DNA of 64,000 bases. It comes from Octopus vulgaris. Its lineage: Eukaryota. Location: positions 69,068,001 to 69,132,000 of the forward strand of contig OX597818.1 in assembly GCA_951406725.2 (NCBI GenBank), in the 5' to 3' direction. Under the pieces are notes generated by a model. It saw only the letters and a program-made list of their open reading frames with translations, ran no database searches and was not told where the DNA came from. Below are positions 1-13,292 of the stretch, piece by piece; the first letter of the stretch is position 1; each line of letters starts with the position of its first letter. A program made the translations under genes and the position numbers.

Positions 1-419
1 AACTGTAAAAGTACTTGTTACATTATTGCTGTTTAGCCCCGGGTCAGTCCGAGTCGAAGACACCTATGATCGATGGCATTTCAGTCATAACCAATTTGGA
101 GGTAAACAACAACTTGAATGGAATATCTTTGATCAAAGCTCCAATGCAGGAATTGAACCTACGAACATAGAATGATGAGCTGAACACCCCAAGCACTGGA
201 GCAGGCACATTCATTGTACATTTTGTCTTTTTTTTGTTATTTAAGACAGCAAAATATGAGACAAATGTTTTTGCTATTTTAAAAATGAATCATTTTGTGG
301 TGCCAACATTGGTTTCTGGGGAGCTGAGCTTGTGTTGTGTGCTGGCAGAAGAGGTTCAAGAATGGTAGAAAAGAGGAGGTGAGAGACGACGGAAGGTGTA
401 GGAGGGAGAGGGATGTCAG

Positions 420-1005
420 TAGATCAGAAATGGTTGAGAAAACAGCGATTTTCTGGATGAAGGCTGTTGTGTGTCTATAAAAAGACGATAAACAGTTCAG
501 AGCTGGTGTGGCAAATTATTCATAAAGATCTGAAATAGCACAAAATTAGTGCAAAGTTTGTTCTAAGGGTTATCAGTGACAAACAGAAGGAAAGATGCAT
601 TGGTGACATCAGGGAGATGGTCGAACTCATTACCTTCAATCTAAGAGCATTTGAGTCTCTGCTGACTTGTGGTAAAAGATAACTCTACTGTTACGATCCA
701 GAGACCAAGAAACAACAGAGTGCCCAATAGAAGCATCCTGGCTCCCCCAGAATGCACCCATGAAAGCCAGGCAAAGCAAATCTGCTGGGAAGTTCGTGAT
801 AACCATTCTTTTCAACATCCACTGGTTTTCCTTTGGCCAGAGAGTCAACAAAGAGTACTCAGAGATTTTGAAGGAGTTCAGGATGAGATTTCCTCACCAA
901 AGGTCAGAGCCCTTCCGATCAGGTTGGCAGCACTTGCATCAGGGCAATACACCAGTCCACAATTCCATCCTGATAACCAAATACTTGACAAAGATGGGCA
1001 GTTGA
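420..1005 (+). mobile_element. Decayed mariner (Tc1/mariner) transposase remnant
   Basis: Manual translation across frameshifts gives IIHKDLK*HKISAKFVLRVISDKQKER (WVPREL-type linker), LYCYDPETKKQ..KHPGSP, KARQSKSAGK and LHQGNTPVHNS (second catalytic D region). Multiple stops and frameshifts. Confidence 0.85.
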
Positions 1006-1037
1006 TGTTGCAGAAACCAAGGCAAAGCAGCCGACAG

Positions 1038-1195
1038 TTGGAGCTTGGTGCAACTCTCTGGCTTGCCAGCTCCTTGTCAAGCCATATCCAACCCATACCA
1101 GCATGGAAGACAGACATCAAATGATGATGACGTCGTTGATGATGATGGTGGTGGTGGCAGTGGTGGTGGTGGTGACGACGACGATGACGACGCAT
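1038..1195 (+). mobile_element. RTE 3'-end repeat (family A) with GAT tail
   Basis: Ends CCCATACCAGCATGGAAGACAGACATCAAA(TGA)n, matching the 3' UTR of the LINE at 61065-62772. Confidence 0.8.
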
Positions 1196-1369
1196 CAAAT
1201 ATAACATGTGGTGAGGGGCCAGGGGAGAGAAAAGGCTGACTGACAGCTTAATGAAAAAGAGAGAAAATACATAAATACAATGATTTCTTTAAGGGCAAGA
1301 AAGGGAGAGGGACTTACAAGGAACACAGAAATTAGAAAGAATGACCCTTATTGTCTTTCTGTCTTTTGA

Positions 1370-1912
1370 CATTGCAGACCTTCTTCTTTAGGTGCCAGTC
1401 CTTAAATGTAGGTGTTGGAATTTTCTCATTCTCAGTTGCATCCACATCTTGCTTTCATTCTAAACATCTTCTGCTCCTCATTAGACAAACAGTCTTTCTG
1501 GGACACAAACAAGTCAACCACATTACCATTTAAGGACTTCTTCAAATCCTTCCCTCATTTGCAAATGTCACAACATCTTTCCAAATTTGATGTATACTTT
1601 TTTGCTTTTAGAAAACTTTTAAGATTAAGGATAGAGTTTGGCAACATATTTTTTGATCCGTGCATCCAAGAGCTGTCCCATCATAAATTTTAGAGAACAT
1701 TAGATCTGAAAAGTTGAAAAAATAACTTTTTGAGCATTTAATGTTCTCTCAATTGTCATGTAGATGTTGGTTTTAATGTTTTAGAAATGTGACTTTTTTT
1801 TCACCCACATCAACCCTTTTCGAACATCAAGTTTAATGTCCAGGTTAATTCTTTTACTGTTTCTTTTCATTCTTCTACCTCCAGTTTCACTTGTTAGCAT
1901 CTTTCCAGACAT
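1370..1912 (-). mobile_element. Internally deleted pogo/Tigger-like transposase remnant
   Basis: Minus strand from ATG at 1912 reads MSGKMLTSETGGRRMKRNSKRINLDIKLDVRK.VDVGEKKSHISKTL (CENP-B/pogo N-terminal HTH pattern). Further on, EGFEEV..NVVDLFVSQKDCLSNEE matches the Tigger C-terminal GFEEVD..ELL.SH..ELTNEEL pattern. No DDE core seen. Confidence 0.7.
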
Positions 1913-2094
1913 TTAGAATCGGACATAAATCATATGGAACTGGTGATTAACAATCATCCACTACGAATATGTAGCAAAAAAAAATGTATTTAAAATGTAT
2001 TTAAAATATAAAACATAAATCTACTCACATGACATCGTAAGAAATTGTGTGTCATGTTAGGAATCGATGAGAAAATCCTTATGCATGCATTGGT

Positions 2095-2713
2095 CAATAT
2101 TGCCTCAGTCAAAATCCTCAAATGGACGAGAGAGTGGCTCAAGATGATTTTAAGAGGAATCCATGGATAAATCTCAAAACCAGCAGAATTGAGAAAAACA
2201 TTGCAGTGGTGCCTGCAGCTGTGAGGCGAAATCATCGAATCACCATCTGTGAGTTATCAGAGGATGCACCTTTAATTATGGTTTAGTTCAGTCCATTATT
2301 ACTGAAGATGGGGGTGTGAGACTCGTGTCTGCCAAGTTTGTGCCAAAACCGGTTTCAGCTGTCCAAAAAGACACCCGGGTTTCAGTTGTACAATATCTCC
2401 TTGATTGTGTCAAAATTGATGAAGCCTTTTTGCAAACTTTGCATTGGCCTCTGAGCAGGAATCGCCAAGCTTTTGCCAAAATTTGATGGAGCTTCTCTGC
2501 TCAACTTTCTCTGTCATTGTCAATGCGATGATCACACGCTATACACCTTCCTTCCAAGCATTGCTGTAAACAGCAGAAGTGAGCTAGGACGTTAAAACTT
2601 AGCACACATGCACAGCGGAGTTTAAGATAAATATGTGCCAAGCAGCTTCACTCTGCGTGCTTTAGTTTCGTTACTATAGCAACAGTCCGGATACTTATTG
2701 ATCAGCTCTTGTA
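2095..2713. mobile_element. Rearranged non-autonomous mariner element (sense HTH/linker fused to an inverted 5' end and TIR)
   Basis: The + strand gives RITICELSED..VQSIITEDGGVRLVSAKFVPK. The - strand from 2517 gives MTEKVEQRSSIKFWQKLGDS (mariner N-terminus). The terminus at 2713 reads TACAAGAGCTGATCAATAAGTATCCGGACT on -, a mariner-type TIR. Confidence 0.8.
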
Positions 2714-2835
2714 TATATGTGTTTATTTATGAAATCAAATATTTACATAGCTGACCGGTTTCACCTCAGCTAATTATGACTAAGAAGTCGGAGAAAATAT
2801 TACAGTTCTGTGTTATCATAAGGAAGGATATTTAC

Positions 2836-2887
<52 letters not shown>

Positions 2888-3049
2888 GTATGTATGTGTG
2901 TATGTATGTATGTATGTATGTGTGTATGTATGTATGTATGTATGTATGTATGTATGTATGTATGTGTGTGTGTATGCATGTATATGTATGTATGCATGCC
3001 TTTATGTATCAATGCATGCATGCACGCATGTATGTATGTATGTATGTAT
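2836..3049. repeat. (TATG)n microsatellite
   Basis: Seen directly. Confidence 0.97.
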
Positions 3050-3461
3050 ACTCTTTTACTCTTTTACTTGTTTCAGTTATCTGACCACGGCCATACTGGA
3101 GCACCGACTTTTAATCGAGCAACTCGACCCCAGGAGTTATTCTTTGTAAGCCCAGTACTTATTCTATCGGTTACTTTTGCCGAACCACTAAGTAACGGGG
3201 ACATAAACACACCAGCATCAGTTGTCAAGCAATGCTAGGGGGACAAACACAGACACACAAACACACACACGCATATATATATATATATATATATATATAC
3301 GACGGGCTTCTTTCAGTTTCCGTCTACCAAATTCACTCACAAGGCTTTGGTCGGCCCGAGGCTATAGTAGAAGACACTTGCCCAAGGTGCCATGCAGTGA
3401 GACTGAACCCGGAACCATGTGGTTGGTTAGCAAGCTACTTACCACACAGCCACTCCTGCGC
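3050..3461 (-). mobile_element. Full-length tRNA-derived SINE, family C
   Basis: On -, A-box TGGCTGTGTGG, B-box GGTTCAGTCTC, CCTTGGGCAAGTG core-like motif, internal TA/TG tract and (GTAAAAGA) tail. Very similar copies occur elsewhere in the window. Confidence 0.9.
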
Positions 3462-4571
3462 TTATAGGTATGTATACCTATAGACTAGGCTTCTTTCAGT
3501 TTCTGTTTACCATTTCCAAAATGTGCTCACCACGTTATGGTTGGGTCAGGAGTATAATAAGAGACATTTTCAAAATGTACAGCACAGTCGCACTAAACCT
3601 AACGGAACCACACATTTCCAAAGTGAACAGCTTAACCACTCAGCCATTCCTGTTCCAATCTGCACAAATGTATTTTCCTGGTGAAACTAAAATAAACATT
3701 CTGGCTGGCTTTTAATTCCTAAATTGACAATTTGACATTCTAAAGATTCCAGATTTTCCATTTGCCATGACTAATCAAGCAACATCACAGATAAAATCTA
3801 TTATCTGTGAAGCGTCTATCAATCGTGAGGCATAAAGACTGAAAACGTTTAACTGGAGTTCTAGTTTAATGAATGACAAAGTAATTTATAAACTGCATGT
3901 ATGTTAATTGAGCTAAAGTCGTAATTAGAGATAAAATAAATTCATTAGTGCTAAGGTATGAATTTTAAGTTTAATTTAAAGCTTTAATTAGAAATTAGGT
4001 ACGTAGTCTAAGGTGAACAAAAAAAACAAGTGCTTTGGAGTTCCCAAAGATTAGCGTTAGGAGACTAAACACTTATATTGCAAGTAGGTCGTTTAGCAAT
4101 GCTCAGCGATAACGAACAATGAAGCTGGAGATGAGGAAAGAGATGACAGATGAGAAAGTCAAAAGATTAACAGGTTTGTTGTAATTGATTCCATATTGAT
4201 AAGGAAGGCAAAGATTATTGGAGATGTTATTGTGGTGTATCTCCAAAATTGCTTTCACAAATAACCAGGAATGATCTCCAGACCCATTATCCAAAATCTA
4301 CCATGCTTATGCAGAAATGTCTTACTTCTACATGCAGCGCACTTTTAGGTCGGCTGCCGTGTTCCATTCCAAGGGAACTGCTTTTCTTATCACCATCTAA
4401 TTAGATTTTGAGTAGCAAAATGTTTTGGTTGTGTTTCAAGTAAAATCAGGAAACATGGACTTTGTTGGGATGTATTTTTTTATTCTTATAATTTTAGAGA
4501 TGTGAATTCCATTGCATGTTTGGGATCTGATGAGCTTGCTGGCACGGTAGCTACATTTGAGACTATATTTC

Positions 4572-4802
4572 ATATTTCTTTATTGCCCACAAGGGGCTAA
4601 ACATAGAGGGGACAAACAAGGACAGACAAAGGGATTAAGTCGATTAGATCGACCCCAGTGCATAACTGGTACTTAATTTATCGACCCCGAAAGGATAAAA
4701 GGCAAAGTCAACCTCGGCGGAATTTGAACTCAGAACATAGCGGTAGACGAAATACCACTTAGCATTTCACCAGGTGTGCTAATGATCCTGCCAACCCGCC
4801 AC
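4572..4802 (-). mobile_element. Full-length tRNA-derived SINE, family D (tail type 1)
   Basis: On -, TGGCAGGATCATTAGC (A-box), GAGTTCAAATTCC (B-box), TTAAGTACCAG..CTGGGGTCGAT core and AATAAAGAAATA tail. Closely matches 44733-44967. Confidence 0.9.
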
Positions 4803-5721
4803 CTTTACATTTGTGAGAATAAGCATTGGTGAAGTTTGCATGGATTGAGGAGATGGAACAGGGTTTTGAGATGGTTTTGCGGTTGTGTTCTGGAGTGCTG
4901 TAAATATGTGTGGGTGCCTAGTGAAGCTTGTAAATAGAATGCAGATGACCATGACTGCCAGAGAAAAAAGCTTTGAAATCTTACCAAAGAAAAAGAGACT
5001 GTTATCTTTGGTTTCTCGAGAACAATGTTGGAAACCATGCAAATGATATAATAAATAAAACCGCCTTGTCATCATAGCTAAGAAAAGTATAATCTGGAGA
5101 CCCACCAAGGAATTTAATGATGTCTATAGACACATAATCTGAATCAATACTCGAAATCAAAGACTGCCAGGACATTTGGGGACAGAGTTTTAGGCACCAA
5201 CTTGGCATACCAAATATCTTTTTTAATTGCTTTTACCCTTTTCTCCACTTCACAGAACTAATAATTTTTCTGTCTTTTGCTTGTTTTAGTTGTGACCTGA
5301 CTGGCAAAGTGTTCAAACAGTAGTGTTAAAGGTTACACCTTTTAATCAACTACAGAATGATTATTTATACTTCAGCTAATTAGATTAGGAGCACTCCACA
5401 ATTGCAAGGCATGAATATCATTTCAGTATATTATAATTCTGGTAGAGTGAATAACAATCATTTCTGTTCAGGAAGAGAGACACTAAAGTTTGGTGCCTTT
5501 CAAGGAATGGCTGGCATTTCTTTCACATTGCGTACAAAAGTTATGCAATGTCATATGATAAATTTATACATGCACAAATACATATATAGATACACACACA
5601 CTACACGCACACACACACTACATGCACACACACACTACACACACACACACACTACACACACACACCCTTCACACACATCTGCATATGCACGCACACACAC
5701 ATGCACACACACACACAAACA

Positions 5722-5870
5722 TGATGGGCTTCTTTCATTTTCCGTCTACCAAATCCACTTATGTAGTTTGGCTTAAGGCTATAGTAGAAGACCCTTGGCC
5801 AAAGTGTCAAACAGTGGGACTGAACCAAGAAGCAAGCAGTTCGGAAGCAAACTTCTTATCAAACAGCCAT
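5722..5870 (-). mobile_element. SINE family C, 5' half (another degenerate half at 3486-3650)
   Basis: Homologous to 3300-3461. Confidence 0.75.
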
Positions 5871-5913
5871 ACACACACACACACACACATATACATATAT
5901 GTGTATATATAAG

Positions 5914-5953
<40 letters not shown>

Positions 5954-6589
5954 GTAATATGTAGGTAGGTAGGAAGGAAGAGAGTCAGCTAAACACAAGA
6001 AGTGGGTTTACATCACATGTTTGCATAGAACATGAAATATAGACACAGGTTGCAGAATAAATGAAATGAAATAAATTAAACAAAGGGAATTATATACACT
6101 CTCTCTCCCTCCATTAACAACTGGATAAGGATGTCTTTCAGAGCTGACTCTCAATGATGAGGTGTTAACTTTACATGAAGAGGATGGTGTTGATGTTCTT
6201 TCAACACTGCCCCTGTGCTTTCTATAGCACTGATCCACAACTGATATACTGCGACACACTGATGTGTCAGGTGTGCCACAGCTTAACCTGAATATAAATT
6301 TTCCCTATATTCTTAGTAATAATTGTAGCTCTGGTGTGCCACCGAATTTTGAAAAGAATATAAGTGTACCACAAGAGGAAAGTGGTTGTTGAGCACTGAT
6401 TTATGCTGTGTGTTCAATTATACACTATAAATATATGTATGTCTATATCTAGTGGTGGTCTGCCTGCTCTTGGGCACATCCTGTGCATGTGAACCTTCAT
6501 TAACACTCTCTGTACGACATGGGAGGGCCTGTACCTCTACTACCTCTGTTAAGTAGACTGCTGTAGGAATGTATATATAAACTTCCAGT

Positions 6590-6787
6590 GACCGTTGCCA
6601 GTACCACCTGACTGGCCCTCGTGCCAGTGGCACGTAAAAGCGCCCACTACACACTCGGAGTGGTTGGCGTTAGGAAGGGCATCCAGCTGTTGAAACAGCC
6701 AAATCAAGATTGGAGCCTGGTTCACCAGTCCTCAGTCAAATCGTCCAGCCCATGCTAGCATGTAAAGTGTTAAACGACGATGATGAT
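6590..6787 (+). mobile_element. RTE 3'-end repeat (family A)
   Basis: GGCACGTAAAAGCGCCCACTACACACTCGGAGTGGTTGGCGTTAGGAAGGGCATCCAGCTGT ... CCATGCTAGCATG, followed by a GAT tail. Confidence 0.88.
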
Positions 6788-6939
6788 AAACAAAATGAAT
6801 TTTATTGAACTTTATCCAGGATAACTTACTTAATCGACAGAAGCATTTATTTGACCAACAAACACAAATATTGCTATATCAAATTGCCGTGTATTAAATA
6901 ACATCCAAGTGAAATTCTTGAGTAAATTGATATTATCTC

Positions 6940-7300
6940 TGCTCCTAGAGAGTGTAGACCAATCACTTGGTGACAGCTTGGCTCTCTTGTTAACACATGG
7001 CTTAGTCTTGCTAATGATGATGGCTTCTTTTAATCTCAGATTCCCAATGTTTCAGTCTGTGACATCAATGGAGACCTTAATGTCTTGGAATAGTATTTCT
7101 GCTGCTGTGTTTTGACAGAGGCTACATCAGCACAGGAGGGGTCTTTTTTTAATCTACAGGGGAACATGTCTGATCATGCTTCTAATTTAGGATTCACTGC
7201 ATTTAGTGATCAAGGCAGTTGGGCAATGTGCATATGTCATTGTTGTGTGTTGGCCTGTTGCTTGGTAGGAACCACATAAGGGTTGGGCCAGAATCAGCTG
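6940..7300 (-). mobile_element. Penelope-like element, GIY-YIG endonuclease remnant
   Basis: Minus strand gives CSES*IRSMIRHV..RLKK (cf. C..YIG.T.R.L..R.KEH) and NLRLKEAIIISKTKPCVNKR (cf. L.IKEAL.I...KP.LN), the PLE GIY-YIG signature. Decayed. Confidence 0.65.
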
Positions 7301-7339
7301 GCTGCGAACTCAATTCAATTTCTCTCTCTTTATATATAC

Positions 7340-7757
7340 TCTTTTACTCTCTTTTACTCCTTTACATGTTTCAGTCATTTGACTGTGGCCATGCTGGAGC
7401 ACTGCCTTTAGTCGAGCAAATCGACCTCGGGACTTATTCTTTGTAAGCCCAGTACTTATTCTATTGGTCTCTTTTGCCGAACCGCTAAGTAACGGGGATG
7501 TAAACACACCAGCATCGGTTGTCAAGCAATGCTAGGGGGACAAACACAGACACACAAACATACATGCACATACATATATATATATACATATATACGACAG
7601 GCTTCTTTCAGTTTCCGTCTACCAAATCCACTCACAAGGCATTGGTCGGCCTGGGGCTATAGCAGAAGACACTTGCCCAAGATGCCACGCAGTGGGACTG
7701 AACCTGGGACCATGTGGTTGGTTAGCAAGCTACTTACCACACAGCCACTCCTGTGCC
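7340..7757 (-). mobile_element. Full-length SINE family C
   Basis: Nearly identical organisation to 3050-3461. Confidence 0.92.
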
Positions 7758-7788
<31 letters not shown>

Positions 7789-8134
7789 ATGTGTGTTGAC
7801 AGACAAGTACACAGATAGATACACAGACAGACAAAGAGACAGACAGACATAGATAGACAGACAGAAGTAAACTTGGGTTTAGAAATCAAAGAAATAAAAC
7901 TCAAAACTTAGAGTAGAGAAATGAAAGTAGAGCAGACGACAGACGTCTATTCTTTGCCTGAGAAGCTGTGATGACACAAGAAGTTGGGATTAATCCCAAT
8001 GCACTTAGCAAGTTTAGAAAAGTCTCTTAAGTGCATCTGCACAAACTGTAAACCATTCAATCATTACAGATTCTCAGCAAATAAATATGGCGGAAGGTGT
8101 CGCTTCATTTCATTGGTTCTCCATTGATTTATCT

Positions 8135-8329
8135 CTTTTACTTGTTTCATTCAATAGATTGTGGCCATGCTGGGGCATTGCCTTGAAAAATTTTGAGTCA
8201 AAGGATTCAACCCCAGGGATTATTTCATTTTTTAAAAATCCTGGTACTTATTCTGTTTGTCTCTTTTGCTGACCTGCTAAGTCATTGAGATATAAACACA
8301 CCAACACTGGTTGCCAAGTGATGGTGGGA

Positions 8330-8396
<67 letters not shown>

Positions 8397-8590
8397 ACAC
8401 ACACATCATATATAGACATACACACACATATTACAGGCATCTTTCAGTTTCCTTCTGCTAAATTCACCCACAAGGCTTTGGTCAGACTGAAACTATAGTA
8501 GAAGACACTTGTGCAAGGTACCACGTAGTGGGATTGAACTGAGAACCACGTCATTGGAAGCAATCTTCTTACAACATGGCTATGCTTGTT
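8135..8590 (-). mobile_element. SINE family C with an expanded internal (CA)n tract
   Basis: Both halves are homologous to 7340-7757; the internal tract at 8331-8405 is near-pure CA. Confidence 0.85.
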
Positions 8591-8814
8591 TATATTCTCA
8601 GTGCTTCCACATAATTCCTTCCATTTATGTCACTTACACAAATTTGTTTTCATAAAATTGAAATTTTGTCTAAATTGTTAACAACTCAATAACTCTCTTT
8701 CTCTCTCTCTTTCTCCCTCTCTCTCTCTCCATCCCTCCCTCCCTCTCTCTCTCTTTCCCTCAACTTTAACTTTTCATTCTCACTACACAAACCTTTCTAT
8801 TTCCATGATGGTCC

Positions 8815-9085
8815 AGTAAAGTGGTTGGCGTTCGGATGGGCATCCAACTGTAAAAACCTTGCCAAAACTGACCCCACCTCTGCTTGTGGCACATAAAAAT
8901 CCCTCAGTCCACTCTGCTGAGTGGTTGGCGTTTGGAAGAGCATCCAACTATGAAAATCCTGCCAAAACAGTTACAGAAGTCTGGTGTAGACTTCTGCCTA
9001 GTTGACGCCTCTCAAATTGCCCCACCCCCATGCCAGCATGGAAGGAGGATGTTACACGATGAAGATGATGATGATGAGGATGATG
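8815..9085 (+). mobile_element. RTE 3'-end repeat (family A) with an internal duplication
   Basis: GTGGTTGGCGTT..CATCCAACT occurs twice, followed by CCATGCCAGCATGG and a GAT tail. Confidence 0.8.
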
Positions 9086-9314
9086 CTTCTCATCTCTCTT
9101 CTCCCTACGGTTCACTCAGACCATTTCCATGCTTCTCACTTGTTCAAGGACTTCAATATTGAAACACCTAATCTTACTTTGCTTTCGTTTTCACTTCTTG
9201 CTTGTCTGCATCAATAACCCATCGTTTTGATTTTTTGTCGTACCTCAATCATTATAGACTATATGTAGATGTGTTTGCCTCTCTGTGCGTATGCGTACGG
9301 GTATGGTCTTGTGG

Positions 9315-10162
9315 GTATAGGTGTGGTAAGAAGCTCTCTTCCCAACCACATAGCTTGGACAAATGACTTCTGTTATAGTCTTTGGCCAATCAAACCTTTG
9401 TGAGTTGGATAGATAGAAACGGAAAGAAGCCTGTCAGATATGTATGTCTGTATGTATGTATATATATATATATATGTATCATCAGCATCGTCATTGTTTA
9501 ACGTCCAGTCAAATGACTGAAACAAATAAAAGAACAAAAGAATATAAGGGGGGAATGTATGTGTGAGTGGGTGGGTGTTGCTGTTTCCTTGCTTTGACAT
9601 CACATGATAGCTGTAAACGAGTGTCACTGTCATGCAAGGGATGTCCCACATTTCCAATCTTCCATCAAAACATGTCTGGCTAAGGAGAAATATTAGCTTA
9701 TTTGGAAACAGGTTAGGGTTGGTAACAGAAAGAGCATTGGGCCTGAGAAAAATCCACCTCAACAAATTCCATCCGACCCATGCAAGCATGGAAAAGTGGA
9801 CGTTAAATCATTGGAGATGATTATGATGATGATGGTGATGATGATGATGATGTATAAAAACATTCGAGTGAGGTCGTTGCCAGTGCCACTGGACTAGCTC
9901 ATGTGCAAGTGGCACATAAAAAGCACCATTTGAGCATGGCTGTTGCTAGTACCACCAGACTGGCCCTCATGCTGGTGGCACGTAAAAGCACCCACTACAC
10001 TCTCAGAGTGGCTGGCGTTAGGAAGGGCATTCAGTTGTAGAATCTCTGCCAGATCAGACTGGAGCCTGGTGCAGCCACCTGGTTTGCCAGACCTCAGTCA
10101 AATCGTCCAACCCATGCCAGCATGGAAAGCAGACGTTAAACGATGATGATGATGATGATGAT
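9315..10162 (+). mobile_element. Composite cluster: SINE C head and tail pieces, a family B element (9560-9852) and a family A element (9855-10162)
   Basis: Families B and A both end in CCATGC(A/C)AGCATGGAAA..GACGTTAAA(GAT)n. A begins immediately after the tail of B. Confidence 0.8.
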
Positions 10163-10174
10163 ATATATATATGC

Positions 10175-10215
<41 letters not shown>

Positions 10216-10849
10216 CGTATATATATATATATATATATACGTATATATATATAGTCAGAGGGGAAGTCAGAGAATTATTACCTCGCAACAAGCCATAGAC
10301 TTTCAGAGTGAATTTTTTTCTTGTGTAAGATAACCCTTTCAGTGTTATTCCAATATATTTCCTGATAGTTTGACATTGTGATTTTCTCTACTAAATAACT
10401 ATCTTCCTTTTACTTGCAATCTCACAAAATTCCCTCTTTGGTTCAGTGCTAAGAAACAGTTGATTCAAACCATAAATTTCTCCTGCTCTTTATATATATA
10501 TATTTTTTTTCTTGTTTTATGTTTTTATTCTTCCCATGCCAGATTTAAGGAAATATGCACTCCTTGTAAGTAATGTTTAGAACAAACTCGTTTTGTAAAT
10601 AAAACTATTTCTGAGAAAAACGTTACTTTTTCTTGAACACCAACGAAAGAAATATTGCATATTAGATTATTTTATTCTATTGATATGTTCCCAAGAAGAA
10701 TGTCTTGCGTATTGATTATGTATAACTTACCTTTTATATCGAAGTTATGTGAATAAATAAAATGAATATTTCCCTATGACAGACTAGAATACTCTAAAAT
10801 TGTGTGTTATGCTTGCATGTGAATAACTATATATACATTATATATATAC

Positions 10850-10899
<50 letters not shown>

Positions 10900-10978
10900 G
10901 TTTATATATAAATGCATATACATACTCTTATACATATATGCATGTAAATTTATATCTACGTATCTATATATATATTTA

Positions 10979-11011
<33 letters not shown>

Positions 11012-12874
11012 ACATATATAGATATTTGCATGTATATATTTATATATACATGCATGTATATATACATATATGAATGTATGTTTATAGATATAAATATAAA
11101 TTCTTAAACATGTATATGTGCATGTATATACATATGTAAAGATATATAGGAATACATATGTATTTATACACACACGTATATATATGTAAACATATATATA
11201 TATATATATATGTATATATGTAAACACACACATGCACACACACATATGTATGTCTTCTTCACATTCAGTAGATCTAATAAGAAGTATGATAGATATTGAC
11301 AGTTTTAGGAATAACTAAGAAATGCCTTTATTCCTCCCCCCCACACCAATAGCATAGAGAATAGAATTCCCTCAAAGAGATCTTTTGATATAAAGAATCT
11401 ATGAGTAATCATGTATTCTGATTGTTAACATTAATGTCAAAGATTGTCGCATCATTCCTCTGTGAATGTGCCAAAAGCTGCACATGAAGCAAGAAATAAA
11501 ACCGTACGATGCTACACTTACTTATCAATCAACAGCACTTTATGTATTTCGTGCTGCAGTGTATGCTTCTAAGCTGGTGTTTTGAATTAACTGAAGGCAA
11601 CGTAAAATGGGAGAGGTTATGTCATTAACTGTTTTGAAATTTTGATAGATATATCTTTACTTGAGACATGAGAATTGAGACTAAGAAATAAGTATGAAAA
11701 TGTATTTTCTACTGTGTGCAAGCACCACTCTATATCGCATGCTCTTCACCATGTATACAACCTGAAAATAAAAAATGTTTTTATAACGGTTTGTTAAAAA
11801 AAATAAATATTCCACTGTTTATTGTATTAGACAAAAGATGAAAGCCTATTGTAGATTTAATAATAAGAACAAGATTTTATACACACTGAAAACATTAAAT
11901 ATAATTTTTTTTTTGTGTGTATAATCTAGTAAAGCTCAATAAATTTAAATAGAAGGTGCATGGTGAATGACAACACCAACAACATGGCCTTGAGTTCAAG
12001 CCTTACTATAGCGTTTGCATAGCATGCTAAGGTAGTGGGTTTCAGACTCAATAAATAGCCACCATCCATCACCTAAAATAAAATTTAGGAAAATATTGGC
12101 CTCCATCTTCAATTAGAAACTAAACAGATTTTGGCATCCATGTGATTCTTCTTTCTTTGCTAAGGTGTTGGGCACGTTTAAATGTTTAAATAAAGTCTTC
12201 TTAAATGTATTTAATAGGGTTCTCTGTGCCCAGTCCCATTTCAGTTTTCATAGTCCTTCCCCACATCCATCAGAAACATTGCACTAAAATACTTCACATC
12301 GTTCAAACTATCATTCTCTTAGCACTTTCTGCCAAAATAACCAAATGGTATTTAATTTGCATACTAGTAAATGATAATGATGATGATATATAAAGTTCTT
12401 TATGTTGCATTTGATGATAATACTGAAGAAGTGAGCCGATAATATTGCATAATATAGCCAAGCTGTTTATGTAGTAATGACAGTTGGCATATGGAAACAT
12501 GTGTACATCTTATAAAACCTTAAAGAGCATTTACATTTTGTGTTGATTATAAAAGTGTATATCTATCAATGTATCTTAGATTCGTAGCTTCATTTTTCAA
12601 TTGAGTGTTGGATAAATAATTAAGCTCCACTCCACCTTCCAGCTGAGAGTAGAAGAAATAACATTATTCTTAGAAGAATTTCAGCTGCAATAATTTAACC
12701 AAAAGCATTTTAGTGATGCTTCTTTGGGAAAATAAATGTAAAATTATAAAAGAGGTGTTCACCAAATACACCTGAGTTTGCTAAAGTTCTCTCTGCAGTT
12801 CTTTAGCGCCAAGACAGATCTGACTGGACCAAGTTGTCCCGGCCATAACTCGTCTGTCTTTTATTGAGACATAA

Positions 12875-13292
12875 GTGCAGGCCTGGTTGCATGTTTTAGA
12901 AGATGTTTCTTTACCATATGGCTTGGAGTTCGGTCCTACAGTATGGCATCTTGGGCAAGTGTTTCTATGGTAACCCCTGACTGAATAATGCCTTGCTAAT
13001 GGATTTAGTTGATGGAAACTGAGCAAAGCTTTTCAGGTGTGTTCTGCTATAGCTTCAAGCCAACCTTGTGAGTAGCATTGGTAGATGGAAACTGAAAGAA
13101 GCCTGTCGCATGTAAGTCCATGTTTTTGAGTGTGTCTGAGTCTGTTTGTCCCCCCCACCACCACATAACAACCAGTGTTGGTTTGTCTACATCCTTGTAA
13201 CTTAGCAGTTCAACAAAATAGACTGATGGAACAAATAAGTCCTGGGGTTGATTCTCTTGACTAAAAAATTGTTTAAGGCAGAGCCCCAGCAT
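12875..13292 (+). mobile_element. Degenerate SINE family C copies (partial tandem)
   Basis: CTTGGGCAAGTGTTTCTA, GATGGAAACTGAAAGAAGCC and CTGGGGTTGAT motifs. Confidence 0.75.

Noticed and set aside
2745-2775. GAAACCGGTC hammerhead 3' half on the minus strand
   Set aside because: The core and stem II are missing; at most a deleted Penelope remnant.
6150-6245. Possible C/D box snoRNA (ATGATGA ... CTGA)
   Set aside because: No terminal stem, no D'/C' boxes and no recognisable rRNA antisense element.
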